Positions 23,586 to 35,332 of a stretch of DNA of 41,774 nt are shown here, in pieces. This DNA comes from Malacoraja senta. Lineage: Eukaryota. Location: contig JAXLNO010000470.1 in the NCBI GenBank assembly GCA_038087875.1, positions 124,001-165,774 of the forward strand, in the 5' to 3' direction. The notes beneath the pieces were generated by a model, which saw only the letters and a list, made by a program, of their open reading frames with translations, searched no databases and was not told where the DNA came from. Position 1 is the stretch's first letter; the number at the start of each line of letters is the position of its first letter. Position numbers and translations under genes: made by a program.

Positions 23586-23612
23586 TCTTGGTAATGTACT
23601 GTATGTACTATA

Positions 23613-23821
23613 TGTAATGTAATATATAATGTAAACGCCAGTGCCCCTTGAGGCCAAAAGCAGAAGCTGGCAAATGTACCTGTGCCTCGTGACTGAGGTC
23701 AAGTGACCTTCTGGAAGTTTCAGTCATAGCAGATTAAACTTATCTTATACGATGGCGGACGTGAATTCTTTGTGCTAGTCACAACAGGGCCTGACAGAGA
23801 ACATTAAATGGTAACATTACA
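23613..23821. mobile_element. Possible short solo LTR
   Basis: TGTAATGT...ACATTACA inverted termini and an internal ATTAAA; no TSD found. Confidence 0.35.
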
Positions 23822-23899
23822 AAGTAAAAAAAAATATAGAGGGTCTCAAGCCTCCGGGACCACTCTCCATGCAAAGAAAAGATAAAGAAAAAGAAAGGC

Positions 23900-24500
23900 C
23901 CAGTAGCCACCACTGACGTCGGGTGAGGGCCTAGTACCGTGTAGGCCACGGACAGGTCCGGAGAGGCCACCGACGAAAACGGAGTCAACCCGGCCGGGAG
24001 CAGAGTCAGCCCGGTCGTGAGAGAAAGCCCGGTCGCGTGAGAGAAGCGGACCGGCCGAGTGAGAAAGCCCAGCCGCGAGAGACGGCCGCGAGCGGAGTCA
24101 GCCCGGACGTGAGACAAGGTCCGGCCTAGCGAAGAGGGTGTCCGACAGTGAGAAAAGCGGACTCGGCCGCAGGAGAAGCGGAACCGGCCGAGGGAGAGAG
24201 CCGACCGCGAGCAGCGGAGACGCGGACCAGGCCCCGCGAGAGAAATGGGACACAGCGCTTACCCAGCCCCTGACAGCGGGGCACAGTCTCGAGCAGCCAG
24301 GTGGGCCGGAGAGCCAGCGACGAGCCGAGCAGCGGGACACAGTCCCGACGGGCGGAGCAGCGGGGCCTAGCAGCAGCCAGGCGGGCTGTGGAGCCAGCAA
24401 CGGGCGGTGCACCGGGAGTCGAAGAGAAGGTAGCCTTCCCAGAGGGAGTAATGGCCACCGCCACGTTCGAGAGCGCGCAGCACGACCCGAGGAACAGTTT
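23900..24500. other. Unclassified CpG-rich segment with ~20-bp degenerate tandem units
   Basis: Repeated gtgagagaaagcccggtcgc-like units at ~24005-24180; high CpG density relative to the flanks. Confidence 0.6.
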
Positions 24501-24570
24501 AAATATTTTCTTCTTTTGTACTTTCCTACTGATATACGCTGCCTCGGAACTGTTGTAATAAATGATAATT

Positions 24571-25090
24571 TCCAACTACAAACATGTGGATTTCAAATAT
24601 GTTCGAAACATTACACCTAGAAGAGGTAAGATTCCTCCTGGCAGGTAAACCAGATCACTTCCACCTGACGTGCTCTGCATTTATAGAATTATTACAAATA
24701 TAGGGTGCAAAGGTACCTTAAAAAAAAAAAATTGAGGTCAGGTAAGGGGGGATGCTAGTTGGAAAGTTGGTATGTCCCATTTGCGTAATGCTCATAAAAA
24801 TATTTGTTTCTCTCTTTTTCCTCTTTCTCTTTCTCTTTCTTTTCTAGGGTCTATTTCTTAACCCTTTTTCTTTTGTTTTTAATTTTGTTCTTATAGGGTC
24901 TTCGTCCTTTTTTGTTGTCACATTTTCTACACTCTCACTTTTTCCTTCACTTTCTTCTTTCTTTCAATCTTTTCCTTTTCTAGTGTAAAAAATAAATGGA
25001 GTACATTAATTGTAAGAAGACATAAGTGACGAGTACTAATGTATGTGGTTGTAATGTAATGTACTTCTAATAAATAAAAAAAATTAAAAT
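24571..25090 (+). mobile_element. L1 3' fragment (same subfamily as 17287-17739)
   Basis: PTTNMWISNMFETLHLEEVRFLLAGK..IELLQI*, T-rich UTR, AATAAA and poly(A). Confidence 0.9.
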
Positions 25091-25244
25091 TTAATTTTCT
25101 TTTTTTTTTTTTTAATATTCTAGAGTGTGGAGGGAAAGGAAAAGGAATAAAGTTGTTGTTTGATTTCTTGAGGGCCTCTGGGCTTCTAAAAAAAAAAGAT
25201 AATTTCTTCCATAAGTAGTGGTGAATGGGCATGTTTTCATACAT

Positions 25245-25797
25245 TGGAGTTCGACGATTCTACGATTCTCCTGAACTTCTACAGGTGCACGGTAGAGAGC
25301 GTACTGACTGGCCGCATCGTGGCCTTCTTCTGCAACTTGAACTTCCAGTAGCGGGAAAGACTACAGAAAGTCGTGACCACTGCCCAGTCCATCACCAGCA
25401 AGGACCTCCCCACCGTCGACGGGATCGATCGCAGTCGCTGCCTCAAAATGGCTGCCAACATCATCAAAGACCCACACCATCCTGGTTTCACCATTGCCAT
25501 CGGGAAGAAGGTACAGGAGCCAGAAATCTGTAACGTCCAGGTTCAGGGACAACTACTTCCCCACAGCCATCAGGCTGTTAAACACAACATCAAATAAGCT
25601 CTGAACAATAACAGTCTATTATTATTATTGCATTATATCTGTTTATTTATTGTTTACATATATGGTCTATGGTCTATAGACACATTGAACTTTTATCTCC
25701 TGTTCTGTATTATGTTTACATATCCTGTTGTGCTGCAGCAAGTAAGAATTTCATTGTCCTATCTGGGACACATGACAATAAAACTCTCTTGACTTGA
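25245..25797 (+). mobile_element. Rex1/Babar 3' fragment with (CTTGA)n tail
   Basis: FYRCTVES, LQKVVTTAQSI, IIKDPHHPG; ends cattgtcctatctgggacacatgacAATAAA. Confidence 0.85.
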
Positions 25798-26498
25798 CCC
25801 ATTCTGCAGCCCGCTCGTGTTTGGAAAATGGACGCGGACTTGGGGGAAAAAAAAGCTTGTGTTTTCTCCCAGACATTGTGGCTACAACACTCCGGCCAGA
25901 CAGGGTCCTGTGGTCACGTCGTGGAATTGGCAGTAGCATGGGAAGATGGTGTTGAAGAAGCTTACGAGAGGAAAAAGACCAAGTACTCTTAGCTGCCAAC
26001 TGAAGATGCCCAGAATGGCTGGAAGACCAAGATTTTTCCCCGTGTAGAGGTGGGATGCAGAGGATTCGTTGCCGCATCTACGACTAGTCTATTGAAGAAA
26101 ATGGGGGCGAGAGGTCGCTCCCTCCAACGAACAAGCAAGCGAGTCATTGTCAAATTCAGCAGAAAAAAAACAGCGATTGACTTTGGATGAAAACGAAAGA
26201 GGACAATTGGGCTGCAAGATGGAGACAGGAGGGTAAGGAACAGGGAGGGGGGGGGGCCACCGCTGAGCCCTCTGGAGACGTTGCATGCTCATCAATGAAA
26301 CAAAGAAGAATGCAGGAACGGGGTACTGATTGGGGATGATAAGCCATGATCACATTGAATGGCGGTGCAGGCTCGAAGGGCCGAAGGGCCTACTCCTGCA
26401 CCTATTGTCTATTGTGGGTGCCCACTTTAAGACCCCGATGATGTACCTACTCTACCTTTGGCCGCTCCAATCCCTCTGCCAATATCAAGAGAGACGAC
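25798..26498 (+). mobile_element. Hero-type non-LTR retrotransposon 3' fragment (restriction-like endonuclease), degraded
   Basis: Across frames: IVATTLRPDRVLWS, VELAVAWEDGVEEAYERKKTKY, GWKTKIF, VEVGCRGFVA. This is a PD-(D/E)xK RLE signature. The 3' boundary is uncertain. Confidence 0.75.
26307..26414 (+). mobile_element. CR1 3' end (~110 bp)
   Basis: NAGTGY*, then the UTR hairpin tgcaggctcgaagggccgaagggcctactcctgca and a ctattgt tail. Confidence 0.85.
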
Positions 26499-26641
26499 TA
26501 AAGCCCCTGTCCCACGATGCGAGTTTACCCAAGAGCTCTCCCGAGTTTTAAAAAAAATCATACTCGTAGTATTCTACGAACTTCCTACGAGTATGTCTAC
26601 GTATTCCGTTGACTTCTCATTCTACGGTCTCCTACGTTCCT

Positions 26642-26884
26642 ACTCATCTCCCCGCTACCTTCAGGTAGAAGGTACAGGAGCCTGAAGACTGCCACGACCA
26701 GGTTCAGGAATAGCTACTTCCCCACAGCCATCAGGCTATTAAACTTGGCTCGGACAAAACTCTGAAAATTAATAGCCCATTATCTGTTATTTGCACTTAT
26801 CAGTTTATTTATTCATGTGTGTATATATTTATATAATGGTATATGGACACACTGATCTGTTTTGTAGTCAATGCCTTCTATATT
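26642..26884 (+). mobile_element. Rex1/Babar 3' fragment; its UTR is the DIRS-B target
   Basis: LPSGRRYRSLKTATTRFRNSYFPTAIRLLN. Confidence 0.85.
26736..26884 (+). repeat. 149-bp direct repeat, left of DIRS-B
   Basis: Identical by eye to 35182-35330. Confidence 0.92.
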
Positions 26885-26989
26885 TTACTTCGGAGTCACA
26901 TGTGTGACTACGTGAAGACTCTGCCAGCCCGCATGCGCGTCATATCGTCTAACGCATTGCGCAGCGACTTGCTGGGAGGTGCGTGTCAC

Positions 26990-27174
26990 ACACTATATAT
27001 CTCACATTTTTCTATTCTTCATTATCTAACTTCTTTTTCTTTTTCTTCTTTATTACAAAATTAAAAAAATAAGAAGCTGTACATAAAATGTATTATGAAA
27101 ATATGATTGTATACAATTGTACTTACTTCTAATAAAATTAAAATATTTTTAAAAAAAGAAAGAAAAAAAAAAAG
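26990..27174 (+). mobile_element. L1-type 3' tail with poly(A) in the DIRS-B leader
   Basis: T-rich UTR, cttctAATAAA and an A-rich tail, like the other L1 ends. Confidence 0.7.
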
Positions 27175-27190
27175 AACGGAGAATTCAAAC

Positions 27191-28411
27191 ATGGATAAGT
27201 CCAGGGCCAAGTCCGCGACGAAACTGGCTGCGGAGAACCGCGGGAGTGCGGGCTGTCAGCAGCGGCCGACTGCACCTGGATCGCTATCTATGCGATCAGC
27301 AGTCTCCGAACTGGCACCGGCACAGCCCGAACCGACACCACGGACTGGCGGGAAGGCCAAGCAGAAGTCGGACAGGCCCGTACATTCAGACGAGTCGGGC
27401 CGTGAAGACTCACCGCCTGCGGGCAGCGACCGTGATCGCATATCCCGCATGGAGCGGTTAATGGAGCAAATGTTCCAACGTGACATGCTCCGGGAAACGG
27501 AGTCTTGTCACCGTGGGTCTCCTCGGACACCCATGGCAGCACCTTATACAGGGCTACATAATGCATCTCCCTCGTCAGAGGGGAGCATTAGGAGTCACTT
27601 CTGGGCTGGCTCCGAAGACAGGGGTTTGGCTGAAGATGCTACAAGTGTGCTGGGGGTGCAGGAACAACAGAAACTGCTCGGCATGGTCTCCAAATTTGCG
27701 ATGCCTATGCAAACAGGACAGCCGTTACAGCCGCAGCTGGCAGTCAGCATCGATTTCCTCTCCTTATACCAGCTGCAGGAACAGGTAATGAACAAGACAA
27801 CTGCTAAATACCTAGCACCAGAGAACTATGTTTCCCTTAATGTTCCTGCAGTGAACAGCTCTATCTGGGGATATATCGGTGCGGGCATCAGAGTCCAGGA
27901 GGTCAAGATGCAAAAGATCCTCAAACTGCTGGCTTCCGGGATAACGGCGTTTGCCCGATCGGTAGACGGCACAGAAATGTCGGATACACAGCAAGACGCA
28001 CTGGCACTCCTCTGCAACACGCAGTTCGAGATAAACTGCCTCAGGAAGAATGCAATCCGACCTGCCCTGAATCCCAAATTTGCAGGGTTGTGCAAGACCA
28101 GTAACACACAGCCACCGATTCTGCTATTTGGGGGCAACCTGTCGAAATAGGTCAAGGAGCTCGATGAGGAGGCAAAAGCCGTCGGGCTCATGAAGGCAAC
28201 ATCATCGGGCAAGACCTCTCATCTCCGGCGGCAGCACCCCTACGCATCCACCAGCAGACCTCGATACACAGAAGCTGGTGAAAGCTCGAAGGCCGTACAA
28301 TCAGGACAAAGGTCTTTTTTAGACCACGGCCCAGAACGGCCTTCGTGGAAAATGCGCCAACCCCGCACTCCAGCTCCTCTACCGCCCAGGAGTCAGAAAC
28401 GGAAGAAATGA
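27191..28411 (+). pseudogene. DIRS-B gag, premature TAG at 28148
   Basis: Homology to DIRS-A gag on both sides of the stop. Confidence 0.85.
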
Positions 28412-28456
28412 ACACTCCACTGGTAACTATGGAGGTAGGTGGGTCTGGTTCCTTCT

Positions 28457-30616
28457 GGTAATTAGTTCTAAAAGGGTTGACGGTGGATATGCAATGGAAG
28501 GCATTTAAAGACTGCATGGATGAACTACAAAAATTGTTCATCCCAGTTTGGCAAAAGAATAAATCAGGGAAGGTAGTGCATCCGTGGATAACAAGGGAAA
28601 TCAGGGATAGTATCAAAGCAAAAGATGATGCGTACAAATTAGCCAGAAAAAGCAGCATACCAGAGGACTGGGAGAAATTCAGAGACCAGCAGAGGAGGAC
28701 AAAGGGCTTAATTAGGAAAGGGAAAATAGATTATGAAAGGAAACTGGCAGGGAACATAAAAACTGACTGCAAAAGTTTTTATAGATATGTGAAGAGAAAG
28801 AGATTAGTTAAAACAAATGTAGGTCCCTTGCAGTCAGAAACGGGTGAATTGATCATGGGGAACAAGGCTATGGCGGACCAATTGAATAACTACTTTGGTT
28901 CCGTCTTCACTAAGGAAGACATAAATAATCTGCCGGAAATAGCAGGGGGCCGCAGGTCAAAGGAGATGGAGGAACTGAGTGAAATCCAGGTTAGTCGGGA
29001 AGTGGTGTTGGGTAAATTGAATGGATTAAAGGCCGATAAATCACCAGGGCCAGATAGGCTGCATCCCAGAGTACTTAAGGAAGTAGCTCCAGAAATAGTG
29101 GATGCATTAGTGATAATTTTTCAAAACTCTTTAGATTCTGGAGTAGTTCCTGAGGATTGGAGGGTAGCAAACGTAACCCCACTTTTTAAGAAGGGAGGGA
29201 GAGAGAAAACGGGGAATTACAGACCAGTTAGTCTAACATCGGTAGTGGGGAAACTGCTAGAGTCACTTATTAAAGATGGGATAGCAGCACATTTGGAAAG
29301 TGGTGAAATCATTGGACAAAGTCAGCATGGATTTACGAAAGGTAAATCATGTCTGACGAATCTTATAGAATTTTTCGAGGATGTAACTAGTAGAGTGGAT
29401 AGGGGAGAACCAGTGGATGTGTATCTGGACTTTCAGAAGGCTTTCGACAAGGTACCACATAAGAGATTAGTATACAAACTTAAAGCACACGGTATTGGGG
29501 GTTCAGTATTGATGTGGATAGAGAACTGGCTGGCAAACAGGAAGCAAAGAGTAGGAGTAAACGGGTCCTTTTCACAATGGCAGGCAGTGACTAGTGGGGT
29601 ACCGCAAGGCTCAGTGCTGGGACCCCAGCTATTTACAATTTATATTAATGAGCTAGATGAGGGAATTGAAGGCAACATCTCCAAGTTTGCAGATGACACT
29701 AAGCTGGGGGGCAGTGTTAGCTGTGAGGAGGATGCTAGGAGACTGCAAGGTGACTTGGATAGGCTGGGTGAGTGGGCAAATGTTTGGCAGATGCAGTATA
29801 ATGTGGATAAATGTGAGGTTATCCACTTTGGTGGCAAAAACAGGAAAGCAGACTATTATCTAAATGGTGGCCGATTAGGAAATGGGGAGATGCAGCGAGA
29901 CCTGGGTGTCATGGTACACCAGTCATTGAAAGTAGGCATGCAGGTGCAGCAGGCAGTGAAGAAAGCGAATGGTATGTTAGCTTTCATAGCAAAAGGATTT
30001 GAGTATAGGAGCAGGGAGGTTCTGCTGCAGTTGTACAGGGTCTTGGTGAGACCACACCTGGAGTATTGCGTACAGTTTTGGTCTCCAAATCTGAGGAAGG
30101 ACATTATAGCCATAGAGGGAGTGCAGAGAAGGTTCACCAGACTGATTCCTGGGATGTCAGGACTTTCATATGAAGAAAGACTGGATAGACTTGGCTTATA
30201 CTCGCTAGAATTTAGGAGATTGAGAGGGGATCTTATAGAAACGTACAAAATTCTTATGGGGTTGGACAGGCTAGATGCAGGAAGATTGTTCCCGATGTTG
30301 GGGAAGTCCAGGACAAGGGGTCACAGCTTAAGGATAAGGGGGAAATCCTTTAAGACCGAGATGAGGAAAAACTTTTTCACACAGAGAGTGGTGAATCTCT
30401 GGAACTCTCTGCCACAGAGGGTAGTTGAGGCCAGTTCATTGGCTATATTTAAGAGGGAGTTAGATGTGGCCCTTGTGGCTAAGGGGATCAGGGGGTATGG
30501 AGAGAAGGCAGGTACGGGATACTGAGTTGGATGATCAGCCATGATCATATTGAATGGCGGTGCAGGCTCGAAGGGCCGAATGGCCTACTCCTGCACCTAT
30601 TTTCTATGTATCTATG
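28457..30616 (+). mobile_element. 5'-truncated CR1 LINE with open RT ORF (28477-30525), same family as 4151-5680
   Basis: 682-aa open frame with RT motifs, 3' hairpin and tttctatg tail. Confidence 0.95.
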
Positions 30617-31424
30617 AAGGTTACTTCATGGCTTGCATCGATTTAAAAGATGCATACTATTCGGTGCCTATACAGAAGAATCACCGCTGATATCTGAAGT
30701 TTAACTGGATGGGGCAGCTCTGGCAGTATAAAGCGTTGCCTAATGGATTAAGATCAGCCCCCAGACTATTTACTAAAATATTAAAACCAGCCCTGGCGTT
30801 TCTCGGAAAACAGAAACATATTGTCATGGCATAACTGGATGATATAATGGATTAAGACTGGATGATATAATGGATTACAATGGGAAAGACTCTGGATTTA
30901 GCTGAAACAGCTGTATCAGCTACCAAACTCTTGTTTTAGAAACTGGGGTTCATCAACCATCCAGATAAATCTAAGTTGACGCCTTCTACGACAATGGATT
31001 ACTTAAGGTTCACTATTAACTCGGTTCACATGTCTGTGACTTTGCCAAGGGGCAAGACAGCAGACTTAATGGAGGCTTGTAACAGCCTTGTTGTCGTCAG
31101 TCAACCATCTATTCGACAAGTAGCAAGGGTGATTGGTAAGCTTGTGGCTGCTTTTCCAGCCACACAGTTTGGACCTTTGCATTACCAAAATTTACTGAGA
31201 GCAAAGGTGCAAGCACTCAAACATCATGCTGGTCATTTCGACAGACCAATGCAGCTACCAGCTAAAGCAATTTTGGAATTACAATGGTGGAGGCAAAACA
31301 TTCGCCATTGCTCCAGCCCCATCATTGTCAGCAACCCGTCAGTTGTGTTACAAACTGATGCCAGCGCTCACGGTTGGGGTGCTACTAATACCATCTCCAG
31401 CTGTGGTGGCAGATGGGATGTACA

Positions 31425-31755
31425 TGGCGCAATGGGCTAAGTGTTCGGCTGGCAACCGGAAGGTAGCCGGTTCGAATCCCGCTTGGAGTGCATACTGTCG
31501 TTGTGTCCTTGGGCAAGACACTTCACCCACCTTTGCCTGCGTGTGAATGTGTGTGAATGTGTGTGAGTGATTGGTGGTGGTCGGAGGGGCCGTAGGCGCA
31601 GATTAGCAGCCACGCTTCCGTCAGTCTTCACCAGGGCAGCTGTGGCTACAGAAGTAGCTCACCACCACCGAGTGTGACCGAGGAGTGAATGAATAATGCG
31701 ATGTAAAGCGCCTTGAGTATTAGAAAGGCGCTATATAAATCCCATCCATTATTAT
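31425..31755 (+). mobile_element. tRNA-derived CORE-like SINE with L2-type tail
   Basis: A box TGGCGCAATGG at 31425, B box GGTTCGAATCC at 31469, gtgtccttgggcaagacacttcaccc core, tail tgtaaagcgccttgag..aaaggcgctatataaat..(att)n. Confidence 0.88.
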
Positions 31756-31947
31756 CTTTACTTCAAGCACGGTATAAACTATTTAGAGATGTTGGGTGCG
31801 TTCTATGGGCTAAAGGCGTACTGCTCAAAAATGCACCACCTGCATGTTCGCCTACAAATTGACAATACCACTGTGGTGGCGTATATTAATCATATGGGTG
31901 GAATCAAATCGATATCATGTGATAATCTGGCTAACACGATTTGGCAA

Positions 31948-33201
31948 CCTGAGCCTACAACACCTGGAGGAGAAGAACATCAACGTGCGGATGCTATTTG
32001 TTGACCAGCTCAGCATTCAATACGATAATCCCCCAGCATCTGGTGAGCAAACTGGCACCCCTAGGATTCAATACCACACTATGCAACTGGATCCTGGATT
32101 TCCTTTCTGAAAGACCCCAGTCTGTGCGGGTGGGGAAGAACACCTCCTCGGTCATCACACTGAGCACCGGCTCCCCTCAGGGCTGTGTCCTGAGTCCGCT
32201 GCTCTTCACATTGATGACACATGACTGTGTCGCCAAGTCCACTACTAACCATATCATCAAATACGTGGATGACACAACAGCAGTGGGCCTCATCCGCAAC
32301 AACGACGACCAGGCATACAGAGAGGAGGTGGAGCAGCTGGTGAGCTGGTGCAGCAGGAACAACCTTCTCCTAAATGTGGACAAAACCAAGGAGATTGTCG
32401 TCGACTTCAGAAAGAAATATCAGCCCAGTCACACTCCGCTGTGCATCAACAACTTAGCAGTGGAGCAGGTGAAAAGCATCAAGTTCCTGGGAGTGCATAT
32501 AACGGATACCTTAACTTGGACTACAAACATCACATCTCTGGTAAAACGGGCACAGCAGCGTTTGTACTTCCTCCCCAGGATGAGAAGATCACACCTCCAC
32601 CCTCCCATGCTCACCACATTCTACAGAAGCCCCATTGAATCAGTCATGACCAGCTGCATCTCTATGTGGTGCGGCAGCTGTACAGCTGCGGACTGGAAGT
32701 GCCTTCAGAGAGTGGTGAGGACAGCGGAAAAAATCATTGGGACTTCTCTTCCTTCCATCATGGACATTGGTTACAAACGCTGTCTGACAAGAGCTAAGGG
32801 CATTACCAGAGCCCCCCACACACACACAATATGGTCTGTTTACACTGCTGAACTCTGGGAGGAGGTACCGCAGCATGAAGAGCGGGACAACCAGGTTCTG
32901 CAACAGCTTCATCCCCCAGGCCATAAGACTATTGAACTCACAATCAAACCGATGCTAGAACTTTCTTATACATTGCCACTTTTAAAAACTTTCCTTTTTT
33001 AACTATGCACATGAAGCACTTTTTATGGACACACTAAGCACTTTTACTGATCGCCTGATATAAATGTTATATTCTGCTGCTACTTTGAAGAGTCAATGCA
33101 ACGAAATTCCGTTCAATGTGCACTGTGTGTATGTGTATACCTGAATGACAATTAAAGTTATATTCATTCATTCATTCATATTCATATTCATATTCATTCA
33201 A
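31948..33201 (+). mobile_element. Rex1/Babar 5'-truncated copy (RT) with (ATTC)n tail
   Basis: [35 protein letters not shown] at 31945-31947 and 33199-33201; removal restores host WQ|RCID. Confidence 0.9.
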
Positions 33202-33704
33202 CGGTGTATCGACAGAAATATTTGGATATCAGCTATTTACCTACCAGGTAAACTCAATACAGTGGCAGACACCAGGTCACGAAAATTCAATGACAACACC
33301 GAATGGATGTTGGACCACAAAGTGTTTGCTGATATTGTAGCGCGATATGGAACACCAGATATCGATCTATTCGCATCTAGGCTTAATCACCAGTTGCCAA
33401 CATATGTTGCTTGGGAACCAGACCCTGGGGCAGTGGCGATGGATGCATTCTCGCTGCACTGGGGAAAATTCTTTTTCTGTGCATTTCCCCCCTTCTGCCT
33501 CATCAGTCGGATCTTGCGCAAAACACAACAAGACTCTGCATCAGGGATTTTGGTAGTACCCGACTGGCCTACTCAGCCATGGTTCCCTGTGGTTCTCGAC
33601 ATGGTCTCGGAACCATGTATGTCCATCTCCAAACGGCCGGATTTGTTGGTCCATCCTGTGACAGGCGAAAGTCACCCGTGCCATGACAGGATAAATCTGT
33701 TGAT

Positions 33705-34685
33705 TTGCAGAATTTGAAAAGACCACTTCTGGATTTTGGGCTGACGGACCGAACCATGAACATGATCACGGCGGCATGCAGGGAGTCCACCAGAAAACAA
33801 TATCTGTCATATATCAGAAAATGGGAGATATACTGTACCAGGACCAACATTACATACAACACGGCTACAGTGAAGAATGTACTGGAATTCTTGTCTAGCC
33901 TTCACTTTGACGAAGGTCTAAGCTACAGTGCCATTAACTGTGCCAAGAGTGCCCTATCAGCTTACCTGTAGCAGGGATTAGAACACCATACTGTTGGATC
34001 TCACCCTCTGGTATCAAAACTAATGAGGGGTATCTTCAACATTAATCCCTCTAGGGCTAGGTACTCCCAGATTTGGGATGCGAGTGTTGTCCTAACGTTG
34101 CTCAGGGGTTGGTCACCAGCAACGTCCCTGTCTCTGGGAAAACGAACACATAAAATAGTCATGCTGACGGCACTAGTCTCGGCACAACGAGTCCAGTCAC
34201 TGCACAAATTAAGGCTGGACACGATGGCCATATCAAACAACAAAATAACTTTTTACATTTATGAATTGGTGAAACAAAATAGGCCTGGATCATCAGGCCT
34301 CAAATTGGAGTTCCGTGCATACCCCATAGATGTCCGTCTATGCATAGTAACGCATCTACTACATTATTCAGAAGTCACAAAATATCTTAGAGGCAAGGAA
34401 ATGGCATTGCTCAGCCATAAACAGCCTCATAAAAGGGTATCCGTGCAAACCATATCAAGGTGGCTTAGACAGGTTTTGGGAGCTGCAGGGGTGGATACTG
34501 ATGTTTTTAAATCTCATTCCACCAGGGCTGCAGCAACATCGGCAGCAAGGGAGTTGGAATTTCCCATGGACCACATCCTGGGTACAGCAGGATGGTCTAG
34601 AGAAAGGACCTTTCAGCAATTTTATAACAAACCGGTTGCCAAACCTGCGGTGTTTGCAGACTCAATTTTAAGTTCTGTATTATAA
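33705..34685 (+). pseudogene. DIRS-B tyrosine recombinase, in-frame stop at 33969
   Basis: YSAINCAKSALS, SAQR, HSTR, AGW, QFY. Confidence 0.9.
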
Positions 34686-35181
34686 TTTACCCCGAACGAT
34701 AGGTATATTATTATATTTTGTTAATAAATTTATCAGTGTTTTTGAATAACTGATTCATGTCTGAATACGTTAACATACTTCCTCCTTTGGTCAACTACGG
34801 CAGTGGGTGAGGCATGGACTCGTTCCACGGCATGAAATCACAGAGCTTTAAAATCTTCACGTAGTCACTCACGTGACTCCGAAGTAAAATAGTAAGATTA
34901 AACGAGAACTTACCAGTTTGAAGTTTGATCTTTATTTTATGAAGAGTAACGTTGAGGGATTACGTGCCCTCCACGCCCAACCCTCTATCATAAAGGTCAA
35001 CTGGTATTCTAGTTCTCTTTTCTTACTATGTTTAGTTCAACTATTGTTGTCTGTGATTTCACACCGCAGCTTTGAAGATTGACGCGCATGCGTGCTGGCG
35101 GGGTCTTCACGTAATCCCTCAACGTTACTCCTCATAAAATAAAGATCAAACTTCAAACTGGTAAGTTCTCGTTTAATCTTA

Positions 35182-35330
35182 CTATTAAACTTGGCTCGGA
35201 CAAAACTCTGAAAATTAATAGCCCATTATCTGTTATTTGCACTTATCAGTTTATTTATTCATGTGTGTATATATTTATATAATGGTATATGGACACACTG
35301 ATCTGTTTTGTAGTCAATGCCTTCTATATT
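35182..35330 (+). repeat. 149-bp direct repeat, right of DIRS-B
   Basis: Identical by eye to 26736-26884. Confidence 0.92.
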
Positions 35331-35332
35331 CT

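Larger units (their letters stand above)
28429..33717 (+). pseudogene. DIRS-B pol (RT, RNaseH, MT), fragmented
   Basis: MEVGGSGS | KGYFMACIDLKDAYY, QTDAS, IDNTT, DLFASRLN, CAFPPF. Confidence 0.88.
26883..35184 (+). mobile_element. DIRS1-type retrotransposon B, full length but dead, with four nested insertions
   Basis: Same termini as DIRS-A (ttttacttcggagtcac ... tttaatcttacta); ICR 34854-34966; gag, RT, RNaseH, MT and YR remnants. Confidence 0.93.

Noticed and set aside
17287..25090. The two similar L1 tails (17287-17739, 24571-25090) as LTRs or a segmental duplication around DIRS-A
   Set aside because: The first has its own 15-bp TSD and the 5' truncation points differ, so they are independent insertions.
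25095..25240. Poly(T) run as a minus-strand retroposon tail
   Set aside because: Too short to assign. If real it would add a second minus-strand element without changing the polarity conclusion.
31425..31490. tRNA gene
   Set aside because: No complete acceptor stem; continues into SINE core and LINE-derived tail.
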